Of a stretch of DNA of 27,143 nucleotides, positions 8,339-17,500 are shown one piece after another; the stretch's first letter is position 1, and the number at the start of each line of letters is the position of its first letter. This DNA comes from Desulfocapsa sulfexigens (lineage in GTDB: Bacteria > Desulfobacterota > Desulfobulbia > Desulfobulbales > Desulfocapsaceae), in the NCBI GenBank assembly GCA_020721165.1, contig DYNG01000001.1, positions 1 through 27,143 of the forward strand, given 5' to 3'. The position numbers and the translations under genes are program-made. The notes under the pieces were generated by a model. It ran no database searches. It was not told the DNA's origin and saw only the letters and a list, made by a program, of their open reading frames with translations.

Positions 8339-9112
8339 ATGCCCAGAACAAGGGAGAAGGTTGCCGCTATCGTCCTTGACTGCCGTGATTATGGGGAATC
8401 AGATCAGATTATGACATTTTTCTGTCAGGAACTTGGCCGGATGAGTGGCATTGCCAAGGGGGCCAAGCGCAGTCAGAAACGATTTGTCAATAAACTGGAA
8501 CTTTTCACATCCCTATCTCTTCACTATTCCGTCTCTCGACCAGGCAGTTTGGCCTTTATTGCCGAGGCCGAACTCGTGGACAGTTTTCTCAACCTGCGCC
8601 AAGATGCCCATCTTTTCCTTATGGCCTCGGTCATGAGCGAACTGATCATGGCAGCCACCCAAGAGCTTGAAGGTGATGACGGAATCTTCGCCCTTCTCGA
8701 ATGGGGACTTCGATCTTTACATTCCCGGTATCCAGCCCTGACCATACTGTCGTTTTTTCAAATACGATTTCTGGAGAGAATCGGCTATCGTCCGCATCTG
8801 TATTCCTGTTGCCAATGCAAGCAACCGTTTAGGGAAACCATCCGCTACAGCTTTGACAACCGGCATGGCGGCCTTGTATGCGAGCAGTGTCAAGACCAGG
8901 AAATGATCCCGCTCACCACGACCCTTTCTCCCGGCACGATCAAGATCCTCGAAGCCGCCCAGAACTGCCCTCTGCATCGTTTACATCGTCTCCAGCTTTC
9001 CGGCCTCGGCGTTGGCGAATCCTTGTCGTTCCTTCATCGTTATCAACAACATCTCCTGCAACGAGATATCTGCTCACTCAAGCTTCTCAATGAAGCAAGC
9101 TGGCAGATTTAG
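8339..9112 (+). CDS. recO: DNA repair protein RecO
   Basis: AIVLDCRDYGESDQIMTFF..GRMSGIAKGAKRSQKRF..LELF, Zn finger CCQC..VCEQC. AGGA RBS upstream of the ATG at 8339. Confidence 0.95.
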   Translation: MPRTREKVAAIVLDCRDYGESDQIMTFFCQELGRMSGIAKGAKRSQKRFVNKLELFTSLSLHYSVSRPGSLAFIAEAELVDSFLNLRQDAHLFLMASVMSELIMAATQELEGDDGIFALLEWGLRSLHSRYPALTILSFFQIRFLERIGYRPHLYSCCQCKQPFRETIRYSFDNRHGGLVCEQCQDQEMIPLTTTLSPGTIKILEAAQNCPLHRLHRLQLSGLGVGESLSFLHRYQQHLLQRDICSLKLLNEASWQI

Positions 9113-10080
9113 AGACAATGATTTCCTTCCACATACCGTAACTCCCCCCCATGCTCAACAATCTGGGCACCATCATCCTGGCGCATAACAATGGCCCCAT
9201 CCTTTCTGATTCCCATCACTGTTGCCGTATATAAGGGCTTTTTCTGAATATCATATCCATAAAGCACTCGCTTGCCGATAGTATCCGAAAGCCTCTGCCA
9301 CTGGCGCAGGAGTAGATGCTCCGATTCCAGTGTCTCCTCTTCCGGCCCTTGTGAATCATAGAGATGCTGTAAATCTCTTTCATCTTCATACCAAAGAAGA
9401 CCGATATTCCACGCCATTTTCGCCAGGAAGGAGAGAGTAAAATCGCGCAGGCTCACTTGCCTGCCAAGAAGTTGAACAAGGGAACAGGCCACATCAGCCA
9501 ACGACTCAGGAAAACAATCATTATTGACATTGATACCAAATCCAAGAAGATGAAACAATTCTCCATGCCCCGGACTCCGGTAGCTTTCCACCAGAAAGCC
9601 GGCCAGTTTTCGCTGGCCCACCATGACATCATTGACCCAGCGGACAGTAGCGGTTTCTGCCCCACACTCCCGCACCGCCTCGCAACAGGCAATTCCAAGG
9701 GCCAGGGGCAAAAGGGTTCTGGCCCGATCCATCAAGGTATCGGCCAAAATAAGACAACCCCATACCCCGCCAACCGGGGCATGCCAGTCGCGCGCAAATC
9801 TCCCCTTGGAGGCCGATACCGTTTCGGCCAGAATAACAGTGCCACTGGCTACCGAACGCCCGCCCTGTTCACAGGCGACAATATGCCGGCGCGCCAGATC
9901 CATCGTGCGTCCCACAGACCCATGGCGGTGGATAACAGAACCAACAATGGCGCCATAACGAAGAATAAGCTCAGGAAGAGAGGGAACAGATGAGCAACAG
10001 GTCAGGCGGCGAGCCGGAAGCTCACGAGCTGACACAAACTCACGAAGCTCAACCGACGACAAACCCTGTTGGGCTATCAT
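9109..10080 (-). CDS. Biotin-protein ligase (BirA/BPL catalytic domain, no HTH) with divergent motifs
   Basis: VILAE..SKGRFARDWHAP.GGVW, RWVND, catalytic RKLAGFLVE, LGFGINVN, and an SH3-like C-terminus (ATVMGIRKDGAIVM). Confidence 0.85.
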   Translation of the reverse strand: MIAQQGLSSVELREFVSARELPARRLTCCSSVPSLPELILRYGAIVGSVIHRHGSVGRTMDLARRHIVACEQGGRSVASGTVILAETVSASKGRFARDWHAPVGGVWGCLILADTLMDRARTLLPLALGIACCEAVRECGAETATVRWVNDVMVGQRKLAGFLVESYRSPGHGELFHLLGFGINVNNDCFPESLADVACSLVQLLGRQVSLRDFTLSFLAKMAWNIGLLWYEDERDLQHLYDSQGPEEETLESEHLLLRQWQRLSDTIGKRVLYGYDIQKKPLYTATVMGIRKDGAIVMRQDDGAQIVEHGGELRYVEGNHCL

Positions 10081-10119
10081 GGGGGAGGGGGAGATGAATC
10101 GTCAATATGAAAAAAGGCC

Positions 10120-10797
10120 TTACTCTTCAGCATGTCCTGGCTCTATCATCTTATCCCAATCAGCCTTAACCCTGGTGATGATTTTCTGAATAAGCGGTAA
10201 CTTATCCGAGGCACAGACGCCAATAAGAGGCTGCCCCTGATTGACCGAAATGCCGGGAGTAAAGTAAATCGAATGAATCACCCCCGCCTCACCAGTGTAA
10301 TAAACAGGCGTATCCCGCTTCATCAGCGACATAATGATAATTTCATCCCCTGATCGAATACTCAACGCTTTGGCCCCTTTTTTTTCAATCCGTGACTGAA
10401 TATCAAGAGAAAAGAAATATTTCGCCCGTTCTGGAGCCGGGAAAATGAATAATACCTCCTTCAGAATACTTTCAATGACCTCTTTCTTTTTTAAGGGGTG
10501 ACGAATCGTGAGTAATTTTTCACCAGCTTCCACGAACTGTCCTTCCAATTCGGTGCGAATCGAAGAAACAGCGCCATTGGTTTGCGCAGTAACTGTTTTC
10601 GGATTTCGCTCTCTGGTTATTTCAAAAAGAGGAGTTCCCGGGATATGTAACCATTGACCACTGGTCGAATTAACCCTGCTTCCTTCCTCAACCTTGAAAT
10701 TGACAATCCCCGTCTGCGTTGCACAAACGACCACATAATCATAAGGATCTGAGCGATATTTACTCAAGATTGCATCAAAATCTATCTCGTCGGCCAT
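10120..10797 (-). CDS. Biotin/lipoyl-carrier-like protein with two hybrid-motif domains
   Basis: Two biotinyl-domain-like halves: GTPLFEITRERN..AQTNGAV..GQFVEAGEKLLTI and GDEIIIMSLMKRD..GEAGVIHSIY..GISVNQGQPLIGV. It lies 39 nt upstream of the ligase on the same strand. Confidence 0.7.
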   Translation of the reverse strand: MADEIDFDAILSKYRSDPYDYVVVCATQTGIVNFKVEEGSRVNSTSGQWLHIPGTPLFEITRERNPKTVTAQTNGAVSSIRTELEGQFVEAGEKLLTIRHPLKKKEVIESILKEVLFIFPAPERAKYFFSLDIQSRIEKKGAKALSIRSGDEIIIMSLMKRDTPVYYTGEAGVIHSIYFTPGISVNQGQPLIGVCASDKLPLIQKIITRVKADWDKMIEPGHAEE

Positions 10798-10881
10798 CCA
10801 TTAACCTTGTATAAAAATGAATAAAATCAAGGACACAACAACTGTTTCGTTCCAGCATTCTTGATCGTGGCACCAGTTGTC

Positions 10882-11412
10882 TCAGTGCGATGCCTCGCCA
10901 TGTTGCGTCCCGGCACCATGAGGATCATGCGCGCCGCTCCCTTGAGCGGTTGCCCGATGAACCGCAAAAAGCGGGGCGGAAACCACCTCCATATCAACGA
11001 TCCGACATTGCGAAGCGACCGCCCTATTGCTTATATACTTCTTCGAAGTATATGAAAAAGCGCTATGGGCATGGGCCTTGATCGTATCCGAAACAAGCCA
11101 GGTATCACGGCCCTGCTCAGATCCGGAGCTATCCAGGAGTGTACACACAATTTTAATATTTTTCACATCCTGATCACCACGATTTTCAAGAGCAAACGAG
11201 GCCCGGGCAAGATGCCCCTTCTCTTGCACAGCCACCTCTGAACGGGCCAGAAGCACGGCCTGTTGCATCGCTTCGACCTGGCTGGAGACACTTACTGGAG
11301 GCAGGAACAATTGCGTGATACCACCAACGGCATCCATTTTTTGCAGGGCTACCATCACTAATCCCAGTATCACCGCACTAATAGCTATTTTACCCCAAAA
11401 TTTGCTGTCCAT
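10882..11412 (-). CDS. Membrane-anchored exported Ig-like (FxLYD/DUF3426-like) protein with a His-rich tail
   Basis: N-terminal TM/signal segment, LENRGDQDVKNIKIVCTLLDSSG strand pattern, two Cys, tail GAHDPHGAGTQHGEASH. AGGAG RBS upstream. Confidence 0.7.
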   Translation of the reverse strand: MDSKFWGKIAISAVILGLVMVALQKMDAVGGITQLFLPPVSVSSQVEAMQQAVLLARSEVAVQEKGHLARASFALENRGDQDVKNIKIVCTLLDSSGSEQGRDTWLVSDTIKAHAHSAFSYTSKKYISNRAVASQCRIVDMEVVSAPLFAVHRATAQGSGAHDPHGAGTQHGEASH

Positions 11413-11504
11413 ATACGATCTCCTTTTAGCCCACTGCCATTACCATGACAGAAAAAGACAACCCCCATCAAAACTGTTACGAGTAGCTCCCCATCAACGC
11501 AAAT

Positions 11505-11533
11505 TTTATACCTATATCATTCTCGCAAGGCAA
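11505..11533 (-). promoter_or_regulatory. Candidate sigma70 promoter for the 10882-11412 gene and possibly the downstream biotin genes
   Basis: Minus strand reads TTGCCT, a 17-nt spacer, then TATAAA. Confidence 0.5.
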
Positions 11534-11662
11534 GAGGATTTTCCGGATACAGCAAAAAAAATCACCCTCACACTAATACGCCGAAACCCCGAAAGGCAGA
11601 AATAATATCAAACTCTATGTTCTTCAACTGCTCTTCCTCCATGCTCGTCTCTCATCACTGCA

Positions 11663-11715
11663 ATAAAACACAAAGGCCTTTTTACCATTCAGGTAAAAAG
11701 GCCTTTGTGTTTTAT
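11663..11715. terminator. 24-bp perfect inverted repeat, probable terminator downstream of the cytochrome gene
   Basis: ATAAAACACAAAGGCCTTTTTACC-attca-GGTAAAAAGGCCTTTGTGTTTTAT, 24 nt after the stop at 11740. Confidence 0.75.
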
Positions 11716-11739
11716 CAACAACGCACTCTTCCGATCGTC

Positions 11740-12447
11740 CTACTCACAGGTCTTTGGTTTCGCAGCATCCAATGCGTATTGAGTGACAAATTTATGCAAA
11801 TTTTGCATCTGCTCAGTCGTATACCCATAGGTGTCAAATTGCGGCATTGCCTTCTTGAATTTCTTGTAGTCATCAGCAAAGAAACGATCCCAGGCGGCAA
11901 TCGTCCTATCCGCAGGGCTGATAATCGGGCCTTTGTTCTTCTTATGACAAGTGAGACATTTACGGAAAACATAACGACCCTTGGTTGGATCGCCAGCAGC
12001 CGGATTGAAAGCCGCCGTCGTCCCCGCTGGCTTTTCTTCCTTCACCGCCTCCGGTTGAGCAGTCCCTTTTTTGGCGGGTGTTGCTTCAATCGTTTTCGGC
12101 TTAACAGCCTCCTCATCATCTCCACCTTTCTTACCGGCCTCTTCCACCAGATACCGATGAATATTTTCTAACTGCCGATCATTAATCCCAATCACCGAAA
12201 AATCATGCTTCGTATCTCGTAATTTTTTATATTTATCAACAAAGAATGAGTCCCACTCGGCGGCACTTTTTTCCTCTGGCGCCAGACTGCTGAGGCCCTT
12301 CTCTTTATGACAGGCCCGACAGGTCTGAATGGCATACTTGCCCCACAGGGCATTTCCCGCCTTTTCATCAAAAGCCTGGGCTGGCTGGACATTCACCAGT
12401 AACAGCCCAAACGCACCAGCCATAATCGCAGTAGAGACTTTTCTCAT
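11740..12447 (-). CDS. Periplasmic diheme c-type cytochrome made of two repeated domains
   Basis: Sec signal peptide (..VQPAQA), CRACH and CLTCH heme-binding motifs, Ala/Lys/Pro linker. A GAGG RBS precedes the ATG at 12447. Confidence 0.9.
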   Translation of the reverse strand: MRKVSTAIMAGAFGLLLVNVQPAQAFDEKAGNALWGKYAIQTCRACHKEKGLSSLAPEEKSAAEWDSFFVDKYKKLRDTKHDFSVIGINDRQLENIHRYLVEEAGKKGGDDEEAVKPKTIEATPAKKGTAQPEAVKEEKPAGTTAAFNPAAGDPTKGRYVFRKCLTCHKKNKGPIISPADRTIAAWDRFFADDYKKFKKAMPQFDTYGYTTEQMQNLHKFVTQYALDAAKPKTCE

Positions 12448-12613
12448 TTGAACCACCTCTTCTTCCATGATTATCAGCAAATCCGTTTTCAATTTTAACC
12501 GAAAACGAACGATAAAATAAATATCTCAGTTTCTTCATATCACGCATACAGAAAGAATACAATACTGTTTGCCATCTTCCAGACTATCTCTCTCGACACA
12601 CTCTGTTCGCCAC

Positions 12614-14422
12614 TTATGCCATTCGGGTATCGTCAGGTTCTTCTTTCCTGGCAAGTTCAACAAAACCCCAATACGGGAAATCCAGGCCATATTGAGCCAC
12701 CAGGCCCGGTGGATGCTCCCGGCTCGCCACTAACCACAAGTCATTCCTCCGTTGTCGGGATAACGATTCCTCCAGGGGATCCCACTCTGGAGAAAAAACC
12801 AGGGCATTGTCGGCACTATACTCAATATCACCAGAGCCCTTAAACGAACCCATGTGGGGCCGATCCTTATACCCATCCCCACTGCCACGAGACAGCTCAG
12901 AAAGAATCAGAAAAGAGACCGCGAACTGATCCCGAATAGCCTCAAGCTGGCGCAGCCAGGAATCAATTCCCGTTCGCTGTTCACTCAAATCTTTAAACGG
13001 CAGTTTATGCAGGCTATCAATCACCACCACCGCATACTCGCTTCTAGTCTCGTGCCGGATAAAATCAATGTGCCGCCGCATGATTTCCGGGGTGAGCTGA
13101 CGATCATTGACCACCCGCAACGAACGCAGAATGTCTTGCAAGTCCTGACAGGCTTGAACAAATCTTTCCGCATTGGCGCCGGCCACCGCCTGATCCCTGA
13201 GAGCAGCGGTGGAGAGACGACTCAATCGGCTCAATGTGCGCTGATAGATCTTCTGCCGACCATTTTCAAAATCATAATAGAGAACCGGCACCTGACGACG
13301 GGCCATCTCGGTGGCGATCTGAATGGCAAAGCAGGATTTTCCGGATTTGGGCGCCCCGCCAATAATGTTAATCCCATGCACCCCATCCAGGGCCTCATCA
13401 AAACAGGAAAAGCCCGAGCGAAGAGCCCCATAGGCCTTTCCTGCCTGCATGGCAAGCTGTTCAACAAATCCCGTATATTCTCGCTGGGGAGATGCAAAAG
13501 GAGAAAAGGCCGTTGAGGCCTGAATCATGTTCAGAACCGCTGTCTTAAACTCTTTGCCCTGATCACAGGCCAGATTCCACAGGCTATAACTTTTGGCAAG
13601 ACCAGTCGGCCACCGGAATAGTCGAACCTTAAAGCCGATCCTGGCCGCCAGATTGCGAGCCGCAGCCTCCGCCTCCGCCGTGTTTTCCACCACCAAAAAA
13701 ACGGTATGAATGAAGGAAAAACGAGCGGCGTCCAGGTGCTCAAAATCATGACAATCCGGCACCGCAATCCCTGGAAAACCAAGCTGCTTGAGGGTCAGCA
13801 GATTTTCCTCGCCCTGACAGATAAACAGGGCCCCATTCTCACAGCGACCAATATCCTCAACATTAAAGATATGATACCGATCATCAAAAAATCGCTCATC
13901 TCCATGCCAGAAGAAATCTTCTGGCCGGTCAGGAAAGACACAACGAGCAGCATAACAGTTGCCATCATCCTGCACAAAAGGATAGACCAGATAACGGCCG
14001 TTATAACCAACCTGCAATTCAGCAAGAACACCAGGCCCAATCCCGGCCACCTGAAACCGGGCCAGCATCTCCCCACTTAAACGATCATGATAGGATTTGA
14101 CCTCATTGTTGATATTGGCAACCGGGAAATCAAAAGGCATCGCCCAAGACTCCCGGTCAGGATCATATCCCGGCACCGCATCGAGACCAATCCTCATTAT
14201 CTTGGCGAACCAGAGGGGAAAGCCACCCGGAACACAATGATTCAGGCATCGAAAATAACCATAAAAAAAACCCTCTGGTTGCAGATACACCACCAGACGG
14301 TCAGCAACGACCCTCCCCTGCTTATGACAGAAAGGGCAATCAGCGCTCAGATAGGTCTTTTCTTCATGAATATTGTGCAGAAAACGGCGATAAAATTGAA
14401 CTACAGCCTCGGGCTGCCTCAT
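12614..14422 (-). CDS. T7 gp4/Twinkle-like Zn-ribbon + Toprim-like + DnaB-type (SF4) helicase protein
   Basis: N-terminal CPFC..CLNHC, a Toprim-like segment (ICQGEENLLTLKQLGFPGIAV), Walker A GAPKSGKS, catalytic YDFENG, Walker B VVIDSLH, LSELSR, SGDIEYSAD. Start uncertain (14422 or 14485). Confidence 0.8.
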   Translation of the reverse strand: MRQPEAVVQFYRRFLHNIHEEKTYLSADCPFCHKQGRVVADRLVVYLQPEGFFYGYFRCLNHCVPGGFPLWFAKIMRIGLDAVPGYDPDRESWAMPFDFPVANINNEVKSYHDRLSGEMLARFQVAGIGPGVLAELQVGYNGRYLVYPFVQDDGNCYAARCVFPDRPEDFFWHGDERFFDDRYHIFNVEDIGRCENGALFICQGEENLLTLKQLGFPGIAVPDCHDFEHLDAARFSFIHTVFLVVENTAEAEAAARNLAARIGFKVRLFRWPTGLAKSYSLWNLACDQGKEFKTAVLNMIQASTAFSPFASPQREYTGFVEQLAMQAGKAYGALRSGFSCFDEALDGVHGINIIGGAPKSGKSCFAIQIATEMARRQVPVLYYDFENGRQKIYQRTLSRLSRLSTAALRDQAVAGANAERFVQACQDLQDILRSLRVVNDRQLTPEIMRRHIDFIRHETRSEYAVVVIDSLHKLPFKDLSEQRTGIDSWLRQLEAIRDQFAVSFLILSELSRGSGDGYKDRPHMGSFKGSGDIEYSADNALVFSPEWDPLEESLSRQRRNDLWLVASREHPPGLVAQYGLDFPYWGFVELARKEEPDDTRMA

Positions 14423-14520
14423 ACGAAGACCGTTGGGGGAAAAGAAAACAAGAAAAAGAACACATTGCCAACAGACAAAAAACAACTGCTGACCATATCA
14501 GGGCCTCAGCAAGAGGGAGA

Positions 14521-17500
14521 TTATGACACGATTTGCACTCCCGCAAGATCGGACTCCTGCAAGACTTGGTCAAATTGAATATGCACCGAAAACTGTACCT
14601 GCCCCACCACCTCAACCGCTACATCCGCCTGTCGGAAGAGAGCGACCACGACGCCAATCTTCCCTGCCGCCAGCAGAGGATTAACCGCGACCAACTCTGG
14701 TAACCGAACTCGGACTCGGCGCCCAAGCAGAGAGCGAAGGCTTTTATTCTGTGCCACCCGAACCAGACAACACATCCCGCCAATTGAAATATCACCATTT
14801 TCACTGAGCAGATCAAACCCGACCTCCCTGCCCTTCTCATCAATCATGGTCATGGCCAGTTGACCGCTAAAATTCCAGCGCTCCTGTTGCCGTCGCTCAA
14901 CCGCCATCATCCTTGAAGAATCACTTTCTCCATTCTGCAGACAGAATTTCTCCATTTTCGATTCCAGATCGGGATACAGGGCTTGCCATTTCCGCAAGCC
15001 CTCCCGGGACAGTACCAGAGCATCAACCATACCAACACTGGCGGCGCTTACCGTCCAGACCGAATCCTTGAAAAAGGAATCTGCTCCCACCACCCCGCCC
15101 GGCCCGATTATTTGCAAAAGGATATCGTTGCCCTGAGCATCCCGATGGAAAAGCTTCACTCGGCCTTTATTAATAAAGAATAGTTGTTGTTGCACCGCCC
15201 CCTGATTGGCCATGTTCGTATCCGGGACAAAGCTCACAAACTCCATGCTTGCATAAAGATTGTTAAACTCTTCTGTACTGAGACAATCATACACCTCCGA
15301 CCAGCTCACCCCGTGTCCATGCTCCGCCCCGGCATCCCTCTGCTCCTCTATCAACTCAGAAGCATACAGGATATCATCAATGGCCAGGGGATCAATTTCC
15401 ACCAGGCGCTGGCGCAGAATCTCCGCCTGATCCAACTGGTGAAGATAACTCAGGGTAATTATCAGATTGAGCAGCCTTTTCCGGGCCTCGACCAGTCTAT
15501 TCTGGTCCAGTAGGGAGTAAACCTCATTTTCTTCCGCCAGTTCCGTCACAGGCATATAGGCGTAAACAGGTCGTTCATGCGCCGTCGCCACCTGTTTGAG
15601 CAAGTTTTTCGCCTTTTTCTGCACTTCAGCAAGCCCTTGCTTCTGTTGCCGGCGATAACTGTCAAGCAGAGCCAGACCTTTCTGAGCTGCCTGCCAAACC
15701 GACTCCGCAATTCGTTTTGGTCTCACTTTCGCTTTCCCTGTAAATTCAAGCAGCGCCTTCTGGGCCTGCACCGAACCACTCCGACCCAGGGTTTCACACA
15801 CACTCACCAATAACTGATTTTTTATATCAGCAGAAAAATATTTCTCATCCCGCAGCAATTCCACCAGCGCCGTGACCACCTCTTCATCCACCACGGCAGC
15901 AAGAGCCTGCACCGCCTGAAATTTCAATTTTTCACTGATGCGGGGTAAGGCAGCCAGAAGCTCCTGTTTTTTCTGTCCGCCACTCAAGTTATTGACACAC
16001 AGCAAGGCCTCGCTTTGCACCCGTAAATCTTCATGACTCAGATAATCGCGGACGACACCAATATGCTCTTCACTCCCGGTAGCCGCCAACAAACGAATCA
16101 GATTTCGTTTTCCATGCCAGGGCATGGGTTTCTGCAAACGCTCCACCAGCAGGGGTGCTAACTGATCACCAACACCAGTCAGAATCTTCAACAGCCTGAT
16201 TCGCACTGACCGCTTGTCACTGGCCGAGATAGCATCCAGTAAAAAATGAATCCCCAGCGGCCCATGCAGGATAATCTTCTGGCAATACAATCCGTTAATT
16301 GGTTTTCCACAACATTGATCGAGGTAGGACTGCAACACCAAGACATCAACAGCCTGATCCTGAACCTGCCCCAATATCTTCCGCATCGCCTCTGTTTTTC
16401 CCGCAGCGCCGGAACGAATGGCATAAAAAAGGGCCAGAATTTTATCGGCGAGGATCTCATTGTTCGTGTGCTGGGCATGAGTCAAAATCCTTTGTAACAA
16501 CGACACACAACGATTCCATAGCTCATCGGCCTCTTCCGCCATTTTCAGGCAAAAAAGAAACGAGGGCGTTAATTTCTCCAACCATTCCCAATGCTGTAAA
16601 TACAGCAGCCTTTCTCCGACCAGTCCCAGAGCCTTACCGGCTTGAAGCTGCAACCCATCTTCCTCTGCCAACTTCAGCCCTTTTACCAGGGTTTGAATAA
16701 TGGCGGCGGCAACCGGCTCTTTTTTATGTTGCATCAACCGCAAAAAGGTTTCGGGAAGATGCTGGAGGACTTCCTTGTTTCTCAGGCCGTCAAGATCCCC
16801 TCGGGCAAGGGCATTCAATCCCGTATATAATCGTTTGCTCTGTCGTTGCTGCTCGGTCATGCCCATAACTTCAGCCGCATGAAATTGCCGGCCTGGCACC
16901 GTTTGCATCAATTCATGGCCGACTTCATCCACACACACCAACGATTCCTTATCGTTTTCGTTCAAGGATGACGATAAACGATCTGCTTCTTGTCGTTGAA
17001 ACTCAACCAGTGAACGGAAAACGACTTTATCACAACTCTCAATCAGTAAAGAAAAGAGTGGCAGGGTCTCCTCCTGGCAACAGAGCAGAAGCAAGGAGGA
17101 GGAGTCAAGATGCTTTGTCAACAAGTGAGCCAGCCTGCCCATGACAACCTGCCGGTCCCGCTCATCCTTCAGGGCCAGGTTGATGTTTTCGCTGAGCAAC
17201 GGCCAGTGCGAAGATGGTCCATACACCCCTTGCTGTTGCAGGGTTTGTAGAGAAAAACAGACGGCGGCCGCCAGAATATGCGCGACTTTATCCTGATCAT
17301 TGAGTGCGCGACGCATCTTCTCCCGATGGGGATCGCTCGGGTTCATCGCCAGAAAGAGCGAAAAATCATCCCTCCTCACGCCAGCGTCTGTCAGAATTTT
17401 CAGATAATCAGTGACATTATATGTAATAGTCGGCAGTTCCGATAAGTTTTTTTCCCGGTCACTCATAAATACTGCCGCCAGATCGGCAGACCGGACAAAG

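Noticed and set aside
12854-13516. 220-aa plus-strand ORF
   Set aside because: Antisense shadow of the helicase gene with no recognisable motifs.
12614-14485. Prophage call based on the primase-helicase
   Set aside because: No integrase, structural genes, att-like repeats or obvious compositional shift. The neighbours are cellular genes.
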